DNA from: the human T2T-CHM13v2.0 reference genome, Homo sapiens
Length of the DNA: 64,000 nt
Reading direction: 5' to 3' (one strand)
Assembly: GCF_009914755.1 (NCBI RefSeq)
Contig: NC_060948.1
Below are positions 1-13,500 of the stretch, piece after piece. A program made the translations under genes and the position numbers. How positions within the stretch are numbered: the first letter of the stretch is position 1; each line of letters opens with the position of its first letter. The notes beneath the pieces were generated by a model that saw nothing but the letters and a program-made list of their open reading frames with translations, had not been told where the DNA came from and ran no database searches.

Positions 1-1740
1 CCATCATAATAACCTGTAGTTACAAGGAAAAAAAATGTAAGTTGTAAAAACCACACTTTCCAAATTATTTCATTTTAAAAACCACTGACAAAGGAATCAC
101 TACAGATGTTATTCCACTGTCTCTCAGTAGTATATTGTTACCATCAGTTACCTACAGCCTTGGTTAAGATGGGATAACTTATCATCAGTTGCAAGATACA
201 CATTCAATGTCAAATAGCTTTAACAAAATAACAATATTGATTTACTAAAAGAAATTAAGTCCACGCATTTTCATTAAAAAGGCATTTTGGAATTCACTTT
301 ATTCCAATTACCTTAATTTGCAAATGGTAAAGCAATGTCCAACTAAAAATCAAATTGTTTCTCTCACTATGCAGAATGTTGCCCTTACTCCACTCCTATC
401 ATCCTGTCATTTATGATACTGTCGTAAACCAACAACTAAGTTGCCTTTGTACATAGAAATTCTTCAGGTATCTTAGATTTCTGTTTTCTTAATCTTCCAT
501 GGAAAAGTGTATAAATCTGTCCTTGTAATATAGAAGAACCTCTCATAACTCTGGTGCAGCAGCTATTGACCATGCTCTTTCACATAAATTCTAGAAATAA
601 AGATATATCACCAAAGGTAAGAGATGAATTACATCAATATTTGCTTTTGAAAATATATGTTCTCAAAAAATATTAAATTCTTTTAATATAAAAAGTATAT
701 TCCTTTTAGAGGAAGGTGATCAAGATTGCTGACTAGAAAGAGGCAGCTAGACTCTGTAGTTCTCATAGACAGGAATGCAAGGTGTGCATAAATACGTGAC
801 GTTCAGCTGAAACACCAGGTACTTGCATTGAGACTAATCAAAGAAGCAACTTAACATAAGGAGAATGGAGTAAAGCAAGGCAGGACACCGGGACACCTGA
901 AAGCAACATGGAGCCAGGGACACCTTCACAGCCAGTAAGGCAGTAAGTGAATGCATGATCCTGGGAACCCATGATTCTTCCACAGATCTTTGCAACCCTC
1001 AGGTAAGGTGATCCCCTAATAAACCCACTTCACCGGGGCCTTTTGTATAATGCACATAGCTACAGGGAGTCTCAGCAGAGCAGCCACTCAAGACTGCAGT
1101 GATTCAAGAGCCTTAGATTCGCTGACTTTCCAGCCTTCCCAGAAAAATTCGCTGGAACTCCAGCAAAGCAGGAGGTTACAATCTTGAACATATCCATAGG
1201 AAAAAGGCAGAATTCAGGGCGCTTAGCATTGATGGTCTGTAGGACGCATTTTCTCAGTGCCTCACAGGGTAAGATGTACTGGCTTAGAATTCCAGCCAAC
1301 CATTGGTAGCAGCACTGCATCTCCCTGGGATGGAACTACCAGAAAGAGGAGTGGGCCGTCATCTTTGCTGCCTGGGAAACTTAGCCATTTCAGCCTTCAG
1401 GCTTTGAAGAGCCCAAGCTGACTAGAATCACAAAGCATAGTACAGGTGCTCTAGAAAGACATGGCCAGACTGCCTGTTAAAGCAGGTCCCCAATCTCCTT
1501 CTTCCTCACTGGAAAGTACTTCCTGATGAGTTTCTCCAGCTAACACCACTGGTACTCTTTGGTTGATGGAATTTTGAAAACTTTTTGGGCTACAGTTCCT
1601 AGAGCAAAGAGTGAGCTGCCATTTTTCCTGTTTGTGTCACTTACCTGTTCCATCCTTCTGGCTTTGGAGAATCCAAATAAACTGGATGGAAGTGGTACCT
1701 CTGCACAGCAGACCTGTTCTACAAAAGATGGTTACAGTGC

Positions 1741-1858
1741 TTCCTTCCTTCCTTCCTTCCTTCCTTCCTTCCTTCCTTCCTTCCTTCCTTCCTTCCTTCC
1801 TTTCTTCCTTTCTTTCTTTCTCTTTCCTTCCTTCCTTCTTTCTTTCTTTCTTTTCTTT

Positions 1859-1904
<46 letters not shown>

Positions 1905-1981
1905 TTCCTTCCTTCCTTCTTTTTCTTTCATTTTCTCTCTTTCTCTCTCTCTTTCTCTTTCTTTCTTTCTTTCTCTCTTTC

Positions 1982-2037
<56 letters not shown>

Positions 2038-2121
2038 TGTCTTTCTTTCTTTCTCTCCTTCCTTCCTTCCTTCCTTCCTTCCTTCCTTCCTTCCTTCCTT
2101 CCTTCCTTCCTTCCTTCTTTC
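1741..2121. repeat. Compound (TTCC)n/(TTTC)n/(TC)n microsatellite
   Basis: Directly visible; almost pure pyrimidine for ~380 bp. Confidence 0.98.
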
Positions 2122-2406
<285 letters not shown>

Positions 2407-5400
2407 AGGCTGCTTTCTTAAGTGGATCCCCAGTCATTTTCTTTTCACTGGGGAAGACCTTTCCACAGGCATTTCTGGCTACTTCCTACAAGTGCTTTTG
2501 GGCTGAAAACAGGTCTATACCTCCCTGGGATGGAGCTCCCAGAGAAAAAGGCATGTGCCATTGTTGCTTTTTTTGCACATTCACTGGTGATAACTTCAGG
2601 TACCGGAAAATCTGAGGTGACTAGATACTGTAGTGGACACCCAGCGTATTGCAGATGCAGCAGCTTTTCACAAAAGGGGTCAGACTGTTACATGTGTTCC
2701 TGTTCTTATATATTCTCAGTGGGCAGGTCCTCCAGGCCTGGGCCACTAGCCAATCATTGCCAGAGCTATTGAGCCAGCAAAAACTTAGGAACTCCATGGA
2801 CACAGCTTCCAGGGGCAACTGAATATATTTCATCATTGCCTGTGCAGAAGAGCTGTCCCTGCTACCCTCAAACTAATGAAATATCCCAAACCCTAATTGC
2901 CTTATTCACACCTCAAACGAGCTGCATTATGCCCAAGGAGAGGAGGTTAGACCATCCTCCATGGGGCTCACAAACTCCCCAGTGCTCCTCACCAGACAGT
3001 GAGCCCCTAACTTGGCTGAAAGCACATATTTTCCATCCAGGGCTGACTGCACCGAGGGATTGATGACCTACATCTCTCTCAAGTGCAGCCCCCCAGAAGA
3101 CCAGCAAAGAGGTGGGGCAGTAAGCCAGCTCATATGGTTTCCAGAGGGTTTGGTGCAAGAGCATCTATAGTAAAATAAGGCCAGTGATGGCCATTTCTAT
3201 AGACTAAACTTGCTCCCATAAGAGACTTTAGCCTGAGGGGAACTAATTTCTACAGGATAATGTTGCAAATCAGAAGGGGTGGTCCAACCGAGCACTCCTT
3301 GGTCTTCGGGCCTCTCCCAGGGTCCCAGTCTAGCTACAGTTGCTTACAGGGCAGTCTCAGTTACCCTGGAAGATAATACCACAGCATCGGCAATGGTAAT
3401 CCATGCCTGACCCCTGAAGAACTACAGCAAGGCAGACCCTATCACTGCAGCTTACATGTATCTTCCCCATTCTGCAGCCCACATGTATCTTCCTCATACT
3501 GCAGCTTCCCCTGATACCACGGCAACTCTCCATATTACTTTCCTGGCATATGTCTGCAAAGGTGGGTTTGGCTTTGCTTGCCCCACCAGCAAGTGGGAAT
3601 GCAGTATGCCTCTGCCACCCTCAGCAACTTCTACTGTAGATAAAGCTCTGGTGGGTAGAGAACCAGAAAGCCTCACCCCTGCTTTTCTGCTAACACTGTG
3701 TGGTGAGCAGTGTATCCTCCCACACTCTGAACAATTAGAACTTCATGAGGGGCCACAAATAAGACTTTAGTGCAACAGCACACACAGTCTCCAGCAGATA
3801 CAGCCTACTCCCCTCTTAGCTGCTTTGTTCCTGTCACTGAGGTGAATGCCCAAAGACAGGCAGAAACCCCATATCCACTAACACTCTTCTGAAGCTGTGA
3901 CACATTAGTCACAAAGAGTGGTGGACTCTAAATATCAAGGAGCCAGAGAAGACAGCTGGAGCTCAATACAGGTTCCTAAGAGTATGAAGCCTCCGAGCAG
4001 TGAGCTGAGCATAGCCGCTCCACCACCAAAAAAAAAAAAAAAAAAAAAAAAATCTCCCAGGAACAAAGCCTGTTAGTTGCAAACACCTTATTCCACATCA
4101 AATATTCAAGACCATTAAATAGGATCAAAAAAAAAAAAAAAACAAACAAACAAACCCAAAACCCCATTCAAAGGTCAGCAATCTCAAAGATACACGCACA
4201 AAGATTAGACAAAATCAGTGCAAAAATGTTGAAAACACAAAAAGCCACAGTGACATCTCTCATCCAAATGAAAAAATTACATTTCCACCGAGGCCTAAGA
4301 TGACAGAAGTATAATTCAGAATACGGAAATGAATAAACTTCATTGAGCTACAAATGGAGTTGCAACCCAATGCAATGAAGGGAAAAAAATTGCAGGAATG
4401 GATAGAAAAAATTGCCAATGAGGAGGAAAATGTGACCAATCTGATAGAGCTGAAAAAACACAATATGAAAACTTTGTAATGTAATCACAAGTATTAACAG
4501 CAGAATAGGCCAAGTAGAGGAAAGAATCTCAGAGCTTCAATACTGGCTTTCTTAAATAAGACAGACAAGATGAGTGAAAAAAAAAAAAAAGAGGAATAAA
4601 CAAAACCTCTAAGAAATATGGGATTATGTAATGAAACCAAATCTATGATTAAAAAGAGTGCCTGAAAGTGATGGGGAGAATAAAAACAACTTGAAATACT
4701 TATTTTCAGATATCATTCAAGAGAGCTTTCCCAGCCTATATAGAGAGGCAAACATTCACATGCAGGAAATGGGGAAAATCCCAGTAAGATACCTCACAAG
4801 AAGGTCATTTTCAAGACACGTAATCATGAGATTCTCCAAGGTCAAAATGAAAGAAAAAAAATGTATTAAAGGCAGCTAGACTAAAAAGACAGGTCACCTC
4901 TAAAAGAAGGCCATCAGGCAAACAACAAACCTTTCAGTTGAAATGCTACATGTCAAAAGAGATTAGGGACCAATATTCAACATTCTTAAAAAAAGAATTC
5001 CAAATCAAAAATTTATATCCAACCAAAGTAAGCTTCAGAAGTGAAAAATAAATGTGATCCTATTCAGATATGCAAATGCTGAGGAAATCTTTTAGCACAG
5101 ACCTGACTTACAAGAGCTTCTAAAGAAAACATTAAATAAGAAAAAGACTATAACAGTCACTACAAAAACACACTAAAAATCATAAATTGATGACACTATA
5201 AAGCAACCACATAAATGTGCAAAATAGCCAGCTGAGATCATAGTGACAGAATCAAATCCATACATATGAATACTAACCTTAAATGAAAATGGGCTAAGTT
5301 CCCCAATTACAAAACAGAGTGGCAAGCTGAATAAAATATCAATATCTAATGATGTGCTATAATCAAGACACCCATCTCAAATAAGCTCGAAAAAAGGAAA

Positions 5401-5614
5401 AAAGAAAAATCTACCAAGCAAATAGAAAACAGAAAAAAAGTAGGGGCTGCAATCCTAGTTTCTGGCAAAACAGACTTTATGTCAACATAGGTTTTAAAAA
5501 AGACAAAGAATGGCATTACATAATAGTAAACACTTATATATGTACCCAACAAAAAAGCACTCAGATTATGAAGCAACTTCCTAGAGACTCTCCAAGACCA
5601 TAAGTTAAATGTTC

Positions 5615-6851
<1,237 letters not shown>

Positions 6852-7401
6852 CTAAGAAAATAAAAGGACTATAAATCTCTCCCTCATTAGACTCAGGTGA
6901 ATACAACTTACAAATATATAATTAAACAAAGCACATTAACAAGGTGACAATAAAATATCACAGGCTCTAATTCCTTAATACAAATTTAAACTTAACAGAA
7001 ATACACCGATCAAAATGCCTTTGTGAGAAGTCTAATAACCAGGTAAAAATTTGCAGCACCCGAAGGGAGCAAAATGCAAAAAACCACATAGTGGTTTAAT
7101 AAAAGTATTTTGCGTTTACCCACGAAAGCCATTCTTCATCCTATGATGACTTTAAATATCGACTCCCAACTCCTGTCTCCACCGTCCAATAATAAATAAA
7201 ATAGTGACACCTGTGTCCATGCTTCTGGGTTTTTGAGACCTTACAATAAACTAATTTCTATATTCCATGGCAGTGTTGAAAGGAAAGTTGGTAACTGACA
7301 GTTTTGGATAGCTGAGACCAAAGTTAAATGACTGTTACAAGTGAAGGCAGAAAAGGGGTATAGCAACTGACTATAGGATCTCAATAAGAAACATGGAGAA
7401 T

Positions 7402-7690
7402 GCCGGGAGCGGTTGCTCGCACCTGTAATATCAGCAATTTGGGAGCCTGAAACAGGCATATCACCAGAGGTGAGAAGTTCAAGACAAGCCAGGTCAACAT
7501 GGTGAAACCTTGTCTCTACTAAAAATACAAAAGTTAGCTGGGTGTGGTGGCAGGCTCCTGTAATTCCTGCTATTCAGGAGGCTGAGGATGGCGAATTGCT
7601 TGAACCCAGGAGCTGGAGGTTGCAGTGAGCCAAGATTGTGCCATTGTACTCCAGCCTGGGTAACAACAGTGAAGCTCCCACTCAAAACAG
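7402..7690 (+). mobile_element. Alu (AluS)
   Basis: Dimeric Alu with tactaaaaatacaaaa linker. Confidence 0.9.
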
Positions 7691-7694
7691 AAAG

Positions 7695-8232
7695 AAATAC
7701 CATTTGACCTAGCCATCCCATTACTGGGTATATACCCAAAGGATTATAAATCATGCTGCTATAAAGACACATGCACATGTATGTTTATAGCGGCACTATT
7801 CACAATAGCAAAGACTTGGAACCAACCTAAATGTCCAACAACGATAGACTGGATTAAGAAAATGTGGCACATATACACCATGGAATACTATGCAGCCATA
7901 AAAAATGATAAGTTCATGTCCTTTGTAGGGACATGGATGAAACTGGAAACCATCGTTCTCAGCAAACTATCGCAAGGACAAAAAACCAAACACCCCACGT
8001 TCTCAATCACTGGTGGGAATTGAACAACGAGAACACTTGGACACAGGAAGGGGATCATCACACACTGGGGACGGTTGTGGGGTGGGGGGAGGGGGAGGGG
8101 GAGGGATAGCATTAGGAGATATACCTAATGCTAAATGACGAGTTAATGGGTGCAGCACACAAACATGGCACATGTATACATATGTAACAAACCTGCACGT
8201 TGTGCACAGGTACCCTAAAACTTAAAGTATAA
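7695..8232 (+). mobile_element. 5'-truncated young L1 3' end (L1PA3/PA4-like)
   Basis: ORF2 C-terminus [37 protein letters not shown], 3' UTR G-tract and cctaaaacttaaagtataataa end. Confidence 0.92.
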
Positions 8233-8432
8233 TAATAATAATAATTAATAATAATAATATTAAGAAGAAGAAGAAGAATAAAAGAAAGAAAGAAAGAAAG
8301 AAGGCAGGAAGGAAGGAAAAGGAAAGAAGATAGGTAGGAAGGAAGGAAGGAAGGAAAGAAAGAAACAGAGAGAAAGAAAGAAAGAGAGAAGAAGGAAGGA
8401 AGGAAAAGAAGAAAAGAAAAGAAAAAAGAAAA
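8229..8432. repeat. Compound (TAA)n/(GAA)n/(GAAA)n/(GGAA)n repeat
   Basis: Directly visible. Confidence 0.95.
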
Positions 8433-8599
8433 ATATGGGAAAACCTTTTAAACTAAAAAACACACAAGCCCAGAGAAAACATTTACAGAATAAGCTTTAG
8501 AGACCGAAGAATATCTAGCCTAAAAAATGTGTATTTTATTCCCCCAGACAAAAGAAACTTAATACAGATTTTGACATGTCACATTTTATTATACAAATT

Positions 8600-10525
8600 G
8601 CAACCTAAGATTACAACATATATGAAACATCAAGATAATATGGCTCAATCAAAGATAAAAATAAATATCCAGAAATCAATTATTAAAAAACGGGGAGGTA
8701 AAAATTAACAGAGACAATATGAGTTATAGTCTAGATATATTCTTAAAAAAATTAATTACCCTTAAAAATTAACATTGCCGATTTAGTGATGCTCCGTGAG
8801 TAAAATGGAAATAAATAAATTAAGAAAAAGGAAATAAATGAAATAACAAAAATTAAACCAACAAAAAATAAAAAGCACAAAAAGAAATAAAAATTGTGGA
8901 GTGGAAATACAGAAAAAGACTAATATGTACTTCACCATTAGTAAAAAAAAAATGAGAAGATCAATAAGCTCAGCAAATTTCAAATAAAATTAACATTAAG
9001 AGATTTACAACAAGACACAAGTTAAGCAACGTTTTGGAAGTCACATAAAAGAGAATGAAGAATGCAGAAAGAAAAAAAAACAAATGTATTATTTATATTC
9101 ACACTTCTGCAAAATTACCAGTAAATTTATGAACATAAATCTTTCAAGCAAGAAGCGGGTAGGATGACATTGGTAAAACGCTGAAAAAAAAAAGTTCTAA
9201 ACAAGAATACTATATTTTGCAAAAGTATCCTTCAAAATGAAAAAAAAAAAGACCTCTATCACTATCTATAAGAACATCTAACTATGTCATGTCTTCAAAA
9301 GACTCATTTCATATCTAATTTTAAAAGACTGAAAATCACAGGATAAAAATACATTTCATGCAAGTGTTAACCAAATGAGAGGAGAAGAGGCAACAATTCC
9401 TTAAGATGAAAACTACCATATTTCATATAATTTACTTTATGTGAAAATTAACAAGAGACAAAGTAGGACATTCAATTATAGTAAGAGGGTTTATTCACTA
9501 ATAACTTATAAATATATGACAATTTTCCCAAACACATAAAGCAAACATTGACAGAATTGAAGAAAAAATAGACAACCATATAATAATGGAAATACATCAA
9601 TATTTCACTTTCAGTAGTAAATAAATAATGAGAGACTATCAACGAGGGAACAAAAAACCTGAATGCATTACACAATAGTTACACCTAACAAATGTATGCA
9701 GACAACAGAATCACATTCTTTTCAATACCTCAGAAAACATTTTTCTAGATGGACCACATGTGACACCACAACAGAAGCCTTAATAATTTTTTAACTAAAA
9801 TTTTACAATTATTTACAGCCCAAATGGAATGAAACTAGGAATCAGTAACAGAAGAAAAGCTGAAAAATTCAAAACTTATAAAGATTAAGCAACACAATTT
9901 CCTGTTTTGTTTTGTTTTGAGATGGAGTATCTCTTTCACTAGGCTGAAGCGCAGTCGTGCAATATCAGCTCACTGCAACCTCCACCTCCGGGTTCAAGCG
10001 ATTCTTCTGCCTCAGTCTCTGAGTAGCTGGGATTACAGGCATGCACCACCTCACCCAGCTAATTTTATGTATTTTAGCAGAGACGGGGCTTCACCATGTT
10101 GGCTAGGATGATCTCGATCTCCTGAACTAGCCATGCATCCTCCTGGCCTCTCAAAGTTCTGGGTTAGAGGCATGAGCCACTACCCCCAGCTACAACACAC
10201 TTTTTATTACGCTCTTTTTCAATGGTTGGAAGACCTAATATTGTGAAGATACCCATGCTGTTTAAAGTGACCAACACATTCAACACAGCCTGTTTCAATT
10301 TTCAATTATACTTTTGCAAAAATAGAAAAAAACCCCACAAAGTTATGTAAGATCTCAAGGCACCATGAAAAGCCTGGCAATCTTTAAAAAGAATTAAAAT
10401 ATTGGAAGCATTATACTTAACAATTTCCAAACACAAAACAAACCTGTCGTAATCAAAGCACTCTGGTACTGGTATAAAAATAGAGCACCAAAGTAATAAA
10501 ACAGAATGCAGCACAGATATAAACT
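8600..10525 (+). mobile_element. Old L1 (L1M-type) ORF1/ORF2 fragments in the former ZNF intron
   Basis: A-rich L1-like segments (caagaatactatat..gcaaaagtatccttcaaaatg; aatggaatgaaactaggaatcagtaac; gtaatcaaagcactctggtactggtataaaa). Confidence 0.65.
9905..10190 (-). mobile_element. Alu (AluS, Sc-like)
   Basis: Antisense dimeric Alu. Confidence 0.9.
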
Positions 10526-10529
10526 GTTG

Positions 10530-13500
10530 AAGAGAGAGTACAGGCATACCACCTAGGTTTTACATTCAGCCATATGTCACAATTCCTTTGGTAAGCAGGA
10601 CCCAGGCAGGAGAGAAGAGTTACATTACATAGACGCTAGTTTCAGTGATATTTAAAACTGTCCTCTGGGAGCAAAGCACAGACTGGAGAGACACATCACC
10701 TAGCTGATAGACCCAGAGATATGTGATAATATTCCCTGTTTACAGGGCCCAGGCAGAGGAGTCAAATTATTATGATTCTAACCCATCGATATGTAACAAT
10801 GCACCCACAGAAAGGGATTTGAGACAAAAAGTCTCAACACCAGGGTACTAGGCCCAGTGATATGACACAATCCCATCATCTTTGAGGATGACATTGTTAA
10901 CATTTAGCTGAGCATGTATATTAGAGTCACAATCTCACATGTATGCTCAGACAATATATAACTTTCTCTACAATATTCGAGGGCTTTATGAAACCTGTAT
11001 GAGAGTTGCAAACCTCTCTGTGGCCTGCCTGCTCCTATGGACTCACAATCTTGCATATTGCTCTAAACCACGTTTGATAGTCGACATCTATAGGCAGGGT
11101 TAAGGGAGAAGACTCATTATTATGCCTGTGGGCTGGGTCCAGAAATGAATCACCATCTCCCCTGTGGCCAAAGCCACATATAAATGTCACAATTTTAACT
11201 GTGTACTGTATTCTTTTGTTAGACTCAGGACCTCAATAGTGGGAATTATAAATATGGAATGGTGACAACTCTTAACTGCACCTGGGTGTGTAACCAAGAG
11301 TCCCATTCTGAACCTTTTGCTGGTCCCTGTTATGAAACTCTTTACCACCAAAGAGTTTAAACAATATAAGTTAGTGTTGTAAGCTTATGTGTGTTAGTAC
11401 AAATATGCAACCCAGGACCTTAAATATTGCCTTAAGCCAAACAATGAGAGGAAAAATATCTCCTATTGGCTGTATCCCAATATAAGTTTGATCTTTGTGC
11501 CTGTGAACTAAAGCAAGGTATATGTCATAATTCCACATGTGGGCAAAAAACAAGACAGGAGGGTAACATTACATAGATCATGTACCAAGCAATATGTCGC
11601 AATGCCTTCTCTAGGCAGGGTATAAAAATTTGGGTCACATTAACCTGGTGCTGGACCAAGCATTGGACAACATTTCACATGTGGAAAATACCAAACCAAG
11701 TTATGAGAGCCAAAACCCCTACATAATGGGCCCAAGACATGTCAAGGTATATTCGGTGGCTCCAGCATGGGCAGGAGAGTCACAGTCATAAGGGTGCTGG
11801 GCCTAGCAATATGCAATATGCCATAATTTCCTCTTTATGCATAATCCAGGAAGAAGCGAAAAATCACCTTGGTGTTGAGCCATTCAGTAGGTCAAAATTT
11901 CTTCTTTGTGGGTATAATTCAGGAAAAATAGGAGAGTTACATGTTTTGAGTGCTGGGCTTAGCAATATGCCAAAATCCACCTATCGTGAAGGCCCAGGCA
12001 ACAAAAGAGCCACATCACTTAGGTCAAGGGCTCAGAGATATTGCAAGGTGTCCCAAGTAGTCAGGGCTCAGGCAGATGTGGAGAGTCATATCACCTAGAT
12101 GCTGCCCTAGGAATATGTCACAGTGGAACATGAGAGCAGCATGCAGGCAGAAGGTCCACATCACTTGAGTGCTGGGTTCTGAGGTATTTCATAAGGATCT
12201 CTTCACATAGCACCCAGCAAAGAGAGTTTCATCAACTAATTGAAGGTCCTCTGCTCATGTCACAATGCTCCATGTGGGTAGGGTCCAAGGAGGGACTCAC
12301 ATCTCCTAGGTGATAGGCCCAGAGATGTGTCACAATATCCTCTATGGAACATAGCCCTGGCAAAAGAGTACCATCACCTGTGTGCCTTGCCTAGAAATAT
12401 GTCACACTCCAGGTTGACAGGACCCCAACAAGAGCCCCACATAGCCTAGGTAGCAGGCCCAGAGATATGTCATGATTCCCTTCTTTGGGCATGGCTGTGG
12501 CAAAATAGTTCTCTTGCCTGTGTGCCTGGCCTTGCAATATGTCTCTATATTTCCTTTGTGCAGGGCCCATTCCAGACAGGAGAGTTATATAACCTATGAG
12601 GCGAATACAGGGATATGTCCTAATAATTTTGGTGGGCATGGCACAGGCAAAAATGTAACATCACCTGGGTGCTAGATCCAGTGATAAGACAATCCTTACG
12701 GAGAGAAGGGCCCTGGCAGGAGAGTCACACCACCTTGAGGCTGGCGTAAGTAGATATCACAATCCCATATATGAGCTGAAACAAGTCTAGAGAGTCAGAT
12801 TACACAAGTGCTTGGCAATAATTTATATCACAATCACACTGTCAGAAAATTCCAAAGGTGAGATTTTAAATACCAATCATTTCTTATTTTCATCTTTGAC
12901 AATTGACTTCATCCATGTGAGGTAATGATAATTCTTACTGTCAGCTGGGTGTGAGTACAAGACTCACAATTTTACCTGTGTGCTGAGCCCGGCTTTGACT
13001 CCCTCTGTATAACCCAAAGACTTGGTAAAATATGTGTGAGTGTTGTAATCTTTTGCAACCTTTGTATAAAAGATGGTCCACGGTATCAGTCATGTCCCTA
13101 AAACTAGTTATCTAGTTATAAAAGTCAAAATAGCCTCTATTGCCTGAGTCCACATACGACAGTCATTATCATTCCTGTTAGCCATGCCTAGATATAGGAT
13201 TTAATTCCCTCTGCGGTTATGAAACAGGCAGAACAGGCACATCACCTAAATGCTGGGCCAGAAATATTCCAGTATTCTTTTTGTAGGCAGGGTTCTGTCA
13301 CAAATATCATATATTTGTGTGCTCAGTTCAGCTCTGTGTCACAATGTTTCTTGTGGGCAGTCTCCAGGCAGGAGAGGAGAGTCATATCACCAAAATGATG
13401 GGCCCAAAAATATGTCACAGTGCTTCCTGTGACAGAGCCCAGGCAAGAGATTTATATCATTTGGATGCAGTGTTTGGAAATGCTACAATTACTAAAGGAA

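Noticed and set aside
7781-8023. 80-aa ORF with a conserved-looking W/Y-rich motif
   Set aside because: C-terminus of L1 ORF2 in a 5'-truncated element.
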